From assembly GCA_964552045.1 (NCBI GenBank), contig CAZKFF010000004.1, forward strand, positions 20,368 through 84,367: a stretch of DNA of 64,000 nucleotides, given 5' to 3'. Shown piece by piece: positions 1 through 9,421 of the stretch. Position 1 is the stretch's first letter, and each line of letters begins with the position of its first letter. The position numbers and the translations under genes were made by a program. Source of the stretch: an uncultured Candidatus Saccharibacteria bacterium (GTDB lineage: Bacteria > Patescibacteriota > Minisyncoccia > Phycocordibacterales > UBA918). The notes below the pieces were generated by a model that worked only from the letters and a program-made list of their open reading frames with translations, was not told where the DNA came from and ran no database searches.

Positions 1-2932
1 AAGACGGATATGATTCTCCTGAGTTGGTCTCAACGGGCAGGTCTGCATTAACGTCATAGAGCCTGAAGTAATATACGGTGTTCACGTGCACGGTTTTGGG
101 GATGATCGAGAACTCATACTCAGTTGCTGCACCGTTGCTATGCCTGAACCCGCTGTGCGGCAGCGGGCTTTCGTTGTGCGTGCCACACCCAACTCCTGCG
201 CCTGCGCTGCACGAATCCGCATCGGAAAGCACCGCCGTGGTGATCGTGGCATTGTCAACGCCTGCGCCATCGAAATAGCACCACACCGATGTATTTGTAC
301 AGGTGCTCGTGCTGCTGACGTCGGTAGAGGTCGCGAAGTTTATATCTTCAGAGAATTGGAGCTTGAAACGCGCATCGTCTTCCGGCATATTGGATATCTC
401 TTTGACGGTCACGCGCAGTTTCAGCGAATCATTTCGCGTCACATCTATGGGTGCAGTTACCTCTGAGGCAAGCGCCAGGCTTGGCGTTTCATTCTCTGCA
501 TCCCCGTAAAAACGCCAGTGCTGGCTCCGCGGATTGAAGCTTGCGGTACGCAATTGCGGATAATCCGTATACTCGCCCAAGAGCGTACCATTCTGTTCGA
601 CCATGCGGAAGCAGTAGAACGTCCCGGAGGGCGCATTGTTCTGCTGTATGAGCCAATCGAATTCCACATCGTCTCCCATGTCTACCGCATACGGGTTTAT
701 AGCGCTGCTATTCTCCTTTTCATACGTTCCTGCCGTATCTGATACGGTCAGATTGAGGTCACCGCTTGTCGGCGGTTCTGTGCTCAGAACCGTACCGTCG
801 GTAGTCGAGGCATTATAGCCTCTCCAAAGCGCACCAGAGCCGATCGCCCCGACGTCCGTCCAGTTCGCTTCACTGATAGCCCCGCAGGTACTTATTCGTT
901 CTCCATACTGGAGCTTGAAACTCTTGGAGTATTGCGGGAAGGTTGCGGTCTCAGCCGTAAGCGACATGCGGATGCGGATGCGCTCGCCATTCTGCAAGGG
1001 TTCGTCGGTTTCGGTCAAGACTGTGTTCTCTCCGAGATCGACAACACCTTCGGGCCATGGGTCGGTCGGATCAATCGCATTGTTGTCAACATAGAATCGG
1101 TAATCGTTCTGATCGAGCGACAACTTAGCCGTCGGCCATTCAACGACCTCAGTGCGGTAATCCATCTGCGTTCCCGTGTCACTTCTCCATATTTCGTAAT
1201 GGGTCGATGAAGCGATAAAAAAGCCAGCGATCGGCCGCGGATACGTCGTGCCGATGCCTACGCCGGATGTATTGGCGAAGATCGATGCGACAGAAATGTC
1301 CGTGAGGGTCTTTCCGATCGACACGCTCAGGGTTAAGGGCTCATCGCCCCCCGATGTATTTCCATTTGAGCGCGTCACCGCCATAGAGCCAAGACCAGTT
1401 TGTGTGTTCTCGATAACCCATGCCACGGAAGTCTGATCGCCCGGATTGTTCGCACCGTTTTGCAGGAGGAACGAGACTGCGCCGATGCTCGAGAGCCACA
1501 CTTCATGGCCGTATTCATCTGTTCCCGACAGTCCCGTCCCCGAACGCTTCTGCGTATGGATGAAACTCCGCACAAGGCTGTTCACCGGCGTGATGCTCTC
1601 CGTCTCAGTCACGCCTGCAGCTGCATAGGTATGCTCAACGCGCTCAATGTTCCAATTCGCCCCGGTAAATTCCACCACCGCGTAGCTCACTACTGCGGCA
1701 TCACCGCCTGTCTCGCCGCGGGTGAACACCGGCTCGTCTGTTGCATTTGCCCAGGCTGCCGTTGAAATGCCCGTATTATAATCGCTTGTGGTCGTGTCGG
1801 GCGTGCGCTGTCCGGTTATAAAGACAACCACATCATTGTCATCTGCAACAGATGCTGCTGTTCCGGTTGCAGAGAGTGCGGTCGTGCCGTATGTCAGCAC
1901 ATCCTGATCGCGTACGATAAACTCATTGTCTGATCCGGGAATGCCGACAAACTCAACGATCTCCCACGACACGCGCGAATTATTCAGCGCTGTGCCCGCC
2001 CGTGTGAATGTCACTGATGTGGCGATATTCTCAGGGTCAGCAATGGCAACGGTGACATCGTCTGCCGGCTGGGTTCCACCGATAACATTCTTTCCCGCCC
2101 CGGTGTAGTGCGAGTTCGTGATCCTGATGAATGCGGAGGAAGTCGCTGCCGGGGCGATGTAGTCCACTCCTGCAGTGATGGTCGCGGAGGTGCCGCTTAC
2201 CGTGACCGTGCCACGCTGCACAGTGAAATCGCGCTCCGACGCGGTGGTGAGTTCAGGATAGACACTGTATGCGTCGAGCGGCGATCCCGACGCACTCAGC
2301 CTGAAGCAGTACGTTGCGCCGTATGCTGCCTGCTGCGTCTGTATGATCGAAAACTCAGTTTCAATGAATTCTGTTGACGCCAAAGTAGTTGAGGCGACCA
2401 AAGGCGATGTATCCTTCAGTGCGGCATTTGCAGAGATGAAAGTTGTGTTCTCATCAGTGATGCCGCCAGCAGCTTCGCTGATGTTCGTCGTATTGCTGCC
2501 GTCGGTGATGTGTGACGAATCATACATCTCCCACGCAGCGTTTACTGCATTGACATTCACCCACGCAGCCACAGCGCTGCAGGAGGTGATCTTTGTCCCG
2601 TATTGCAACTGCAGAGCTGTTGACGACGATGTGACTACTCCTTCATTCGACACACCGATGCGCAACCGCACTGCTGTCTCGCGCGACACAGAATCGATCG
2701 CTGTATCCTCATTTCCCTGTGTCAGCGAGGCGGCGAGCGTCTCAGACCCGTCATCAGCACGCCAGTGATAGTGCACCTGTGTCAGGGCATCGTCTGCCCC
2801 ATGTACTTGCATTATTTTCAAAAGCGAACCGTCAATGCCGCTGCAGCTGAACGCAAGAAAGAGCAGCACGACGCATGCCAGGCATTTCTGCACAATCAAA
2901 AAGCAACGGTTTTGGTAACTCCGCCTGTTCAT
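1..2932 (-). CDS. Large secreted surface protein, partial (>=977 aa, runs off the left edge), with three copies of a ~180-aa YxFY...RxR...LQYG...YCFR module
   Basis: Absent from the ORF track because there is no stop in the window. Manual translation from ATG 2932 gives MNRRSYQNRCFLIVQKCLACVVLLFLAFS (signal-like) ...LTQVHYHWRADDG...YCFRLS...DYRFYVDNN...FYCFRMVEQNG...HWRFYGD...VYYFRLYDV...GESYPS, open to position 2. Confidence 0.9.
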   Translation of the reverse strand, partial: MNRRSYQNRCFLIVQKCLACVVLLFLAFSCSGIDGSLLKIMQVHGADDALTQVHYHWRADDGSETLAASLTQGNEDTAIDSVSRETAVRLRIGVSNEGVVTSSSTALQLQYGTKITSCSAVAAWVNVNAVNAAWEMYDSSHITDGSNTTNISEAAGGITDENTTFISANAALKDTSPLVASTTLASTEFIETEFSIIQTQQAAYGATYCFRLSASGSPLDAYSVYPELTTASERDFTVQRGTVTVSGTSATITAGVDYIAPAATSSAFIRITNSHYTGAGKNVIGGTQPADDVTVAIADPENIATSVTFTRAGTALNNSRVSWEIVEFVGIPGSDNEFIVRDQDVLTYGTTALSATGTAASVADDNDVVVFITGQRTPDTTTSDYNTGISTAAWANATDEPVFTRGETGGDAAVVSYAVVEFTGANWNIERVEHTYAAAGVTETESITPVNSLVRSFIHTQKRSGTGLSGTDEYGHEVWLSSIGAVSFLLQNGANNPGDQTSVAWVIENTQTGLGSMAVTRSNGNTSGGDEPLTLSVSIGKTLTDISVASIFANTSGVGIGTTYPRPIAGFFIASSTHYEIWRSDTGTQMDYRTEVVEWPTAKLSLDQNDYRFYVDNNAIDPTDPWPEGVVDLGENTVLTETDEPLQNGERIRIRMSLTAETATFPQYSKSFKLQYGERISTCGAISEANWTDVGAIGSGALWRGYNASTTDGTVLSTEPPTSGDLNLTVSDTAGTYEKENSSAINPYAVDMGDDVEFDWLIQQNNAPSGTFYCFRMVEQNGTLLGEYTDYPQLRTASFNPRSQHWRFYGDAENETPSLALASEVTAPIDVTRNDSLKLRVTVKEISNMPEDDARFKLQFSEDINFATSTDVSSTSTCTNTSVWCYFDGAGVDNATITTAVLSDADSCSAGAGVGCGTHNESPLPHSGFRHSNGAATEYEFSIIPKTVHVNTVYYFRLYDVNADLPVETNSGESYPS

Positions 2933-2949
2933 ATTCTGTTCTCTGTATT

Positions 2950-4686
2950 CTATCCTACTTCCTCTGTGCTTGTGCTTAATGCAGGTGGAATAATAACGTC
3001 GGGAATATGGCTAACATCCTCGGTTTCTGCTGTTGTTGTCGCGGTTGAGACGATCAGATCAGCCACAGCAATGTCCGGTGTGGAGGTCGCTGGCGCTTCG
3101 AGCGTTGAGGAAGCCGTCAGATCAAGCGTGGAATCTGCAATGGGATCCGTACTTGTTCCCGTCCCCATCCCCTGCGGCAAGGGTTCCAATTCCTCGATCT
3201 CTCCGTTCTTTGGAGAGTTTTTGTTCTGAATAAGCGCGCGTGTTTCTCCGGTCTGATCGGGGTCAGGCAATTCATCGGGGAGGTCCGCCGGTATACTGTT
3301 GAGCATGAACGCTTGTCCGTTATCAAAATCATATCCCAGAGTCTGCACATCGCCCTCGTCGTTCGTGCTGTCATAGACGAGTACGAAACGAGGGTTCTCC
3401 ACTTTCGCATTGCCGTCTGATTTCACATATTCGATATGCTCTGTCTTCTGGTCATAGACAGCGACCTGCCATCCGTCTGCGAACTGGCTCTGCCACACGA
3501 TATACCCTCCTCGTATGCTCGGAGACACGTCCTGCTGCGTATTGTCGGTCAGCCTGCGCAGTTCGGTTCCGTCGTCATACATGATCTCCCAGTTGTTATC
3601 GATCCATGCCTGATACATGGTGATATCGCCGTACGCGACCGGTTCCATGTTGTTGTACCGGGTGTTGGTCAGACGCACCTCTTCATTGGTACGCATATTG
3701 TACGACATGATCTGATAACGATCATTATAATTCGCATGCCAGACGATACGATCCGAGAGCGCATCATAGTACGGTGCGTTGTCGTCTATGAGATTCGATG
3801 TCAGCTGCGTCTCTTCCCCGTTGAGTCGCACAAAGATCTCCATATCGCCGTCTGCATCGGGCGCCGCAAATACCCCGTCTTCGGTGAAGGCGGCCGCATT
3901 CTCTGTACTGCTGCAGTAGTAGGCTCCATCACCGACGCTTGCGCATTCCTTGGTATCAAACTCATACGCATTTGCATTATGCTCGACATGCACCGCTTCT
4001 GTTGTGGTTGCTTCTGTCGCAGCTTCTGTTTCCGTCTCGAAACTGTCATCTTCTTCAGCGGTCACTTCTTGATCTTCTTCGGTCGGAGTTTCGTCTGATG
4101 GAGCAGCCGGTGTTTCCTCCTGCTCCGCTTCAGAGACCCCTTCGGGTTCCTGGGCTTCTTCATCCGATGAACCACCGACCGTCTGTACTGTCGTGGTTGC
4201 AGCAGATTCTGAAACCGCAGGCATGGTGCTGGTGGATGCCGATCCCTGCTGATTGTCGGTTCCAGTCTGCAATTCGGTTTCTGTAGCAGAAACTTCCTCC
4301 AGCTCTGTGTTCGCTGTTACCTCCGACGGTTCCTTTGCGTCAGAAATTATGTCTGGCACCGGTTCTGCCGCTTCTTCATCCGCTGTCGCTTCCTCAACGT
4401 CATGCATCTCACCTTCCAGCGCTTCTTCACTTTCTGTTTCCAAAATCTGCTGTGGCTCTTCTGCTGTCACAATGGCAGCTTCCTGCTGCGGCGCTGCTTC
4501 AATGTCTGGTTCGCTTTCTTCGGGAGCGACTGTTTCGGTCACTTCAGCTGCAAACGCCAGCGATACCGGCTGCAGAAGCAAAAAACCGAAGAGCACACAG
4601 ACACCAATGCGAACTGCAGCACTTTCAAACACCACGCTATAGAGCGTTGTTGTATATTTTTTTTGTTGATTGAGTGATATGCCCAT
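2950..4686 (-). CDS. Secreted/anchored protein: acidic low-complexity stalk plus TolB-like beta-propeller repeats
   Basis: N-terminal hydrophobic segment, long Glu/Thr-rich linker, repeated units such as QLTSNLIDDNAPYY..RIVWHA, RLTNTRYNNMEP and RLTDNTQQDVSPSIRGGYIVWQ. Confidence 0.75.
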   Translation of the reverse strand: MGISLNQQKKYTTTLYSVVFESAAVRIGVCVLFGFLLLQPVSLAFAAEVTETVAPEESEPDIEAAPQQEAAIVTAEEPQQILETESEEALEGEMHDVEEATADEEAAEPVPDIISDAKEPSEVTANTELEEVSATETELQTGTDNQQGSASTSTMPAVSESAATTTVQTVGGSSDEEAQEPEGVSEAEQEETPAAPSDETPTEEDQEVTAEEDDSFETETEAATEATTTEAVHVEHNANAYEFDTKECASVGDGAYYCSSTENAAAFTEDGVFAAPDADGDMEIFVRLNGEETQLTSNLIDDNAPYYDALSDRIVWHANYNDRYQIMSYNMRTNEEVRLTNTRYNNMEPVAYGDITMYQAWIDNNWEIMYDDGTELRRLTDNTQQDVSPSIRGGYIVWQSQFADGWQVAVYDQKTEHIEYVKSDGNAKVENPRFVLVYDSTNDEGDVQTLGYDFDNGQAFMLNSIPADLPDELPDPDQTGETRALIQNKNSPKNGEIEELEPLPQGMGTGTSTDPIADSTLDLTASSTLEAPATSTPDIAVADLIVSTATTTAETEDVSHIPDVIIPPALSTSTEEVG

Positions 4687-4950
4687 ACGGAATTAAGGTG
4701 ACAAACTCATCACCTTATCCACTTTCCATGTACGAACAAACAGCCTGACAAAAACAAATATCAAGCGATACAAAGTATTGCGTACTATTCTTTTGTTCTG
4801 TTGTGCCCTACGTTGTTCGAGCATGCGTTTAAACTGTGGCATTTAAACTCTTCTCGAGCATCTTGAGACTAATCCCGACACCCGAGATTATTCCCATCAC
4901 TCCTTAATTTTACTCTTTATGTGTAAAGCAAGCTGAAGGTTATCAACAAC

Positions 4951-5721
4951 TCAGCGTATAAATGAATCAGCTAAAATGATCCCAAAATCCCTGAATGTCA
5001 TGCTACCGTCCCCGTTGAAGTCATACACCACGCTCCTGTTGCCCCATGCGGACATGAACCGGCTGATATCGGCTATGGTCACGTTTCCATCACCGTCGAT
5101 GTCAGTTACGATAATGATCGCAGCTGCACCCTGAAGATTGACACCGTTTGCGCCCTCTGACGCGAGATCCTGTCCATCAGTGATATAGAGCGTTGCGGAG
5201 TCTCCATTAGTACGCTCGACAGATACTTTTGAACCGCTTCCATCCCCAGCGAGCAATACCACATCCTCAACCGAGACCTGGGCCAGGCCGGTTTCAGTGG
5301 CGCGTGCATTGACCGTGGCGATAAGGTGATCGCCTTTGAATCCGCGTCGGAACGTTCCTCCCTGCAAAATAACCGTATTGTTCTCAACATATGGGTCTTG
5401 GGTCCAGAGCGTTATCACCGACTCTCCAGTATCAATGCCGAGCACTTCGATCTGATCCTTCGGAAATGACAGACTGATGTCCACTGCATTGACTGCAACA
5501 TGCGCATTGACATACACGCCAATTTGAAACGTATCCCCAGCATGAAGCGCCTGTTGGGATGATTCGATATGGATATAGGATGTGCCGCTGCTTATAACTG
5601 CAGCAACGCTCAGAAGAGCGGCAAATGCGAACACCAGCGGAAAAGCGTACCGCACGGTCGAACTCCTGTTTGGCAAGCAGGGCGCGCAAAAGTAGTAGAT
5701 GATTTTTCGTATCAGGTTCAT
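4951..5721 (-). CDS. Cohesin-domain plus C-terminal dockerin protein (adaptor-scaffoldin-like)
   Basis: Cohesin-like GDTFQIGVYVNAHVAVNAVDISLSFPKDQIEV...LW...GG; paired EF-hand loops DIDGDGNVTIADIS and DFNGDGSMTFRDFG. Confidence 0.8.
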   Translation of the reverse strand: MNLIRKIIYYFCAPCLPNRSSTVRYAFPLVFAFAALLSVAAVISSGTSYIHIESSQQALHAGDTFQIGVYVNAHVAVNAVDISLSFPKDQIEVLGIDTGESVITLWTQDPYVENNTVILQGGTFRRGFKGDHLIATVNARATETGLAQVSVEDVVLLAGDGSGSKVSVERTNGDSATLYITDGQDLASEGANGVNLQGAAAIIIVTDIDGDGNVTIADISRFMSAWGNRSVVYDFNGDGSMTFRDFGIILADSFIR

Positions 5722-6389
5722 AGATCGAGAAGCTCCTGTCGCCTCTTGTCTATTTGTATGGAGAGAAGCTCGAGCGAATCTTTGGTCTCTTGGCCCTGTG
5801 CAAGAAGTGCTTGCATCTCATCTGAACCGATCGGCGACTGTGCCAAAAGCGCATCAATGATATCGCCCTGTATCTGTACAAGCTGCGTCGAGAGCCGGCT
5901 CCGCTCCTGTTCCATCTCAACAAGTTCTTTCCAGCCTGAAACATTGTAGGTGATTCCGTACGCCTTTTTGTCGAACAAAGCGAGTATGCCGATGAGATCC
6001 TCGTATACTTCAAACTCGCGGGAAAGCCGCGAGACCATGACTGCCTTGCGCTCCGCATAAAAATTACCGCATGCGCTGAAGAGCGACTCCACTTCGCGCA
6101 GCTCTGGCCTACCAAGCTGCGAGAGCGAACTCAGGAGTGTATCGAACCGCTCACGATTCTCCGGGGTGCAGTCCTTGATGATCTCTTCGACGACCGCATC
6201 GGCTCCGTCACGCGCAGTCAATTCAGCAATGGCAGCGAGCCTCGTCTCCTGCTCCGCTATAGTGAGCTGTGTCTTAAGTATGTATTCCGACTGTGCATCC
6301 TCTATGTATAGGGACGCAGCAAGAAATACGAGAAAAATAAAGAAGAACGCAAGCGCCAGGATCTTCTTATGGGAAAGCAATGCATGCAT
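5718..6389 (-). CDS. Hypothetical membrane-anchored helical/coiled-coil protein
   Basis: One N-terminal TM (ILALAFFFIFLVFLAASLYI), then heptad-like helices with a Cys pair; overlaps the next gene by 4 nt. Confidence 0.75.
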   Translation of the reverse strand: MHALLSHKKILALAFFFIFLVFLAASLYIEDAQSEYILKTQLTIAEQETRLAAIAELTARDGADAVVEEIIKDCTPENRERFDTLLSSLSQLGRPELREVESLFSACGNFYAERKAVMVSRLSREFEVYEDLIGILALFDKKAYGITYNVSGWKELVEMEQERSRLSTQLVQIQGDIIDALLAQSPIGSDEMQALLAQGQETKDSLELLSIQIDKRRQELLDL

Positions 6390-6399
6390 AGTATGTTCA

Positions 6400-8160
6400 T
6401 TAGTCTACCAAATCTTCCACATCTCCTATCTCCTTTTCTACGCGTTTCTGCGAGACTGCAAGCGCCTGTGTAAGTGACTCGAAGAGCGCCGCCTCTGCTT
6501 TCGTGAGCTTCTTCGTTTTGCGCGCGCCTTCAAGCTGCGCCTTCTGAGACCCCAGCTCCTTCTGGAGTTTTTGGAACTCCGACGCCAGCATGGACAGAGC
6601 TTCTTGTGCCTCTTTGCTGACGCCTTTCTTCAATGACCGTATCCGAGCCAAGAGAATGACGCCGCCGAGGAATAATACTGCACACAATGCGGCAAGCGGT
6701 ACGACAACCGACAGTACACTCACCAGAAATCCGCCGAGCCGTATGAATCCCGGCTGCTGTACCGCTATACGGATCGGATCGGAGACATCGCTCTGCGCGC
6801 CGTACTGGTCAATCGCCACCGCAGTGAGTTCATAGACACCGAGTGAGAGCCGTCCGTCAGGGATGAAAACGAACTCGCCGCTCTCCGAGCTTGTGACCTC
6901 GAATTCTCTCGCTGCGGAAGCTGTCGATACGCCGAGCCCGGTTTGCGTGAGGGTGACCTTCACCTTCGCATTTGGACGCGTAATACCCTTTATAACCGGT
7001 ATGACCTGTTCGTTGATCTCTGTTGGATATTCGGTGAACTGCGGCTTGTCGAATGCGAGAATGCCAAAGGAGAATGTACTGATGATGCTGTTGCCAGCCT
7101 CGTCGAACGCCTCAATGATCGCGGTATGGTGGCCAGGCTCCAGTGCGGGAAGCATCAGCGTGGAGCTGCCGGTCTCATCAATGAACTCATACGGCTCCTT
7201 CCCGTCAAGCTGCACGAGGAAACGCCGCACGAGCGAGGTCGCATCTTCAGTCTTCAGTACGAGTGTCTGCACCGGACTGGAAAGATCAGCAGCCTCAGGC
7301 AGTGCTATCTCGAACATCGCCGGTTTTTCTGTGTCCACTGCCAGACGGTAATGCGCGACCTTGCCCCAGCCTTCCGCGTTTTTGAACTGCATATGGAAAT
7401 ACGACACGCCTTCATCAAGGTCTTCAAGCGTGATGTCGCGGATCGGTGTGTCATAGACCTTCGTCGGTATCGATCCCGAATTCTCATCAAGAAGCGTGCG
7501 GACTGCGGTCACACCCTCAGGTACTGTCCAGCTCAATGAGGCGGTCTTCTGCGTATACCACGCAGCACTGTCCGGATGCGTTTCGGACTGTATCTGTGGC
7601 GCTCCGGGCGTGTTCGCAGGCGCAATGTACTCGATGGTTTCGGGCTCCGGCACGACATCAGCGGCACTTATGGTGTACGCACCGCCATTCATCGACGTGA
7701 GCACATTTGTCCCCTTTCCGTCAGCTGCAAGGACCGACCCGTTCGTAAACGATACTTTAGGACTGCCGGCGCTGTTTGCTTTGAACGTAACAGAAATAAC
7801 CGTGCCATTGCTTCCGGTGTACCCCGTAGGACTGCCGCCGCTGAACGTGATGGTACCGTTGGCATTGGAGTACGAAGGTTCTGCTGTCCATAGATTGAAA
7901 ATGCTCCCTTTGCTCACCCCGATGACGCTTATCTCCCTCGGATTGAATGAAAGCGTTCCGTCGGCGGCATTGATCGGTTCGCCGCTTGTGTTGACCACAA
8001 CGCGTGCGGTGAACGTCGATCCCGCGGTATAGACCCCTGTGCCGGGTGCAAGTGAAAGCGTTGCCGCATGAGCAGAAGCGCCGCAGAGCACAAACAGCGC
8101 GATGAGCGTGATTTTTATTGCGATGAGACTATGTGTATGGTACCGGTGCATGTTATTCAA
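6400..8160 (-). CDS. Membrane-anchored cohesin-domain protein (cohesin, Ig-like domains, TM, cytoplasmic coiled coil)
   Basis: Signal peptide; GSTFTARVVVNTSGEPINAADGTLSFNP...LWTAEP...ITFSGG...VLAADGKGTNVL; Big-like KGITRPNAKV...GVYELTAVAIDQYG; C-terminal TM and helical tail; paralogue of 38454-40004. Confidence 0.85.
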   Translation of the reverse strand: MNNMHRYHTHSLIAIKITLIALFVLCGASAHAATLSLAPGTGVYTAGSTFTARVVVNTSGEPINAADGTLSFNPREISVIGVSKGSIFNLWTAEPSYSNANGTITFSGGSPTGYTGSNGTVISVTFKANSAGSPKVSFTNGSVLAADGKGTNVLTSMNGGAYTISAADVVPEPETIEYIAPANTPGAPQIQSETHPDSAAWYTQKTASLSWTVPEGVTAVRTLLDENSGSIPTKVYDTPIRDITLEDLDEGVSYFHMQFKNAEGWGKVAHYRLAVDTEKPAMFEIALPEAADLSSPVQTLVLKTEDATSLVRRFLVQLDGKEPYEFIDETGSSTLMLPALEPGHHTAIIEAFDEAGNSIISTFSFGILAFDKPQFTEYPTEINEQVIPVIKGITRPNAKVKVTLTQTGLGVSTASAAREFEVTSSESGEFVFIPDGRLSLGVYELTAVAIDQYGAQSDVSDPIRIAVQQPGFIRLGGFLVSVLSVVVPLAALCAVLFLGGVILLARIRSLKKGVSKEAQEALSMLASEFQKLQKELGSQKAQLEGARKTKKLTKAEAALFESLTQALAVSQKRVEKEIGDVEDLVD

Positions 8161-9172
8161 TATCCTCCTCTGTCAACTCTGCTTTTCTTCTGGTGCGGCG
8201 TCTGAACAGGAACACAGCGATACCTGCACATACCCCAAGCAGTGCCACTATGGATGCTGCGAGCACGCCTATGATAAACAGATTGTCCTCGGAGAACGTC
8301 CGTTGACTTTCTTCTGGTACGAGCGTCGCGATGTATTCATTGCCTGCCTTATCTATTGCACGCACGCGGATGGTGCTGTTAAGCGACTGGTCATCAAGCA
8401 CATATGGGCTCTTTGCCTCTACCCATGGCGCGGTCTCCGCGCCCCAGCCAAAGAGGTTTTTCGAATCAAGCGGCTCTTCGATGACCTCGTAGTGATCGAC
8501 GCCAGATTGCTTGTCGGTAGTGTTGAAGGAGATGTGGTATTTTCCGAATTCATTGGGAATCCTACTAAGTGAAATGCTGAACTTCTCCGGCGGCAACTGG
8601 TCATTTGCGACCGCTTCCTGCCAGGGGTTCTGCACAGTTGCCCCCGCCTCCTTTGCCAGTAGAACTGAAGCACCAAACACCTGCGGTTCCACCCGTGTTC
8701 CAAAGCCGTCGTTGAGCAGCACGTGCGTCTGCGGATCGAAACCGATCGAGGCGACATTGCCGCTTTCGCTTTGACCGATCTGCAAACCCGGAGACTGGAA
8801 CAACAGATCGATAACATTGTTGGTCAGGCGCGGATCACCCGGGATACGTCCGCAGTAGCCATTGGGTATGCCTCCGGCGAAGGTGATCGTCCGATTCTCC
8901 TTGTTGATGACCGGCTCTTCTACCCAGAGGTTGAGAACGGAATTGCCCCGCGATGTATCAACCGGTTGGATGTTTTCGCTGTACGTAATAACCGCATCGA
9001 CGACGTTGACGCATTCACCTTCGTCTGTGTCGAGGCGCACCGAGATCACCATAGTGTCGCCGCGCTTAAGCTCAGCCTGATTAGGGTCCATGTACAAGCT
9101 GGCAGCATGAGCTTCGTGGGCAACACACAAGAGCAATACCTGTAGAGACAGCAGAAGCACACCTTTTTTCAT
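8153..9172 (-). CDS. Membrane-anchored cohesin-domain protein
   Basis: Likely start MKKGVLL at 9172, with TATACT 7 nt upstream (ORF extends to 9223). Cohesin-like VISVRLDTDEGECVNVVDAVITY...LWVEEP...ITFAGG...LLNDGFGT; C-terminal TM followed by RRRTRRK. Confidence 0.85.
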   Translation of the reverse strand: MKKGVLLLSLQVLLLCVAHEAHAASLYMDPNQAELKRGDTMVISVRLDTDEGECVNVVDAVITYSENIQPVDTSRGNSVLNLWVEEPVINKENRTITFAGGIPNGYCGRIPGDPRLTNNVIDLLFQSPGLQIGQSESGNVASIGFDPQTHVLLNDGFGTRVEPQVFGASVLLAKEAGATVQNPWQEAVANDQLPPEKFSISLSRIPNEFGKYHISFNTTDKQSGVDHYEVIEEPLDSKNLFGWGAETAPWVEAKSPYVLDDQSLNSTIRVRAIDKAGNEYIATLVPEESQRTFSEDNLFIIGVLAASIVALLGVCAGIAVFLFRRRTRRKAELTEEDIE

Positions 9173-9250
9173 GTAATTAAGTATACCGTGCACTTTTGCT
9201 TCAGGACTGGAATTGCTGTGCATAGTCCTCTCTTCTGAGCTTTACCCAAA

Positions 9251-9286
9251 CAAAAAACCTACTCGTGGTGGGAGATAGGTTTTTTG
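9251..9286 (-). terminator. Probable intrinsic terminator downstream of the WxL-like gene 9422-10558
   Basis: Inverted repeat CAAAAAACCTA / TAGGTTTTTTG with T-tract on the minus strand. Confidence 0.6.
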
Positions 9287-9421
9287 CAGCTCTTGCTATT
9301 GCAATTTTCGCACCAAACAAGTATTCATCATGCGGTGCACAACTATTCCTTCTTTGGTGTACAAGAGAAATAAATCGTTGCTGTTCAAGATACGCGAATA
9401 CTCGAACAGGTCATTATTTCC

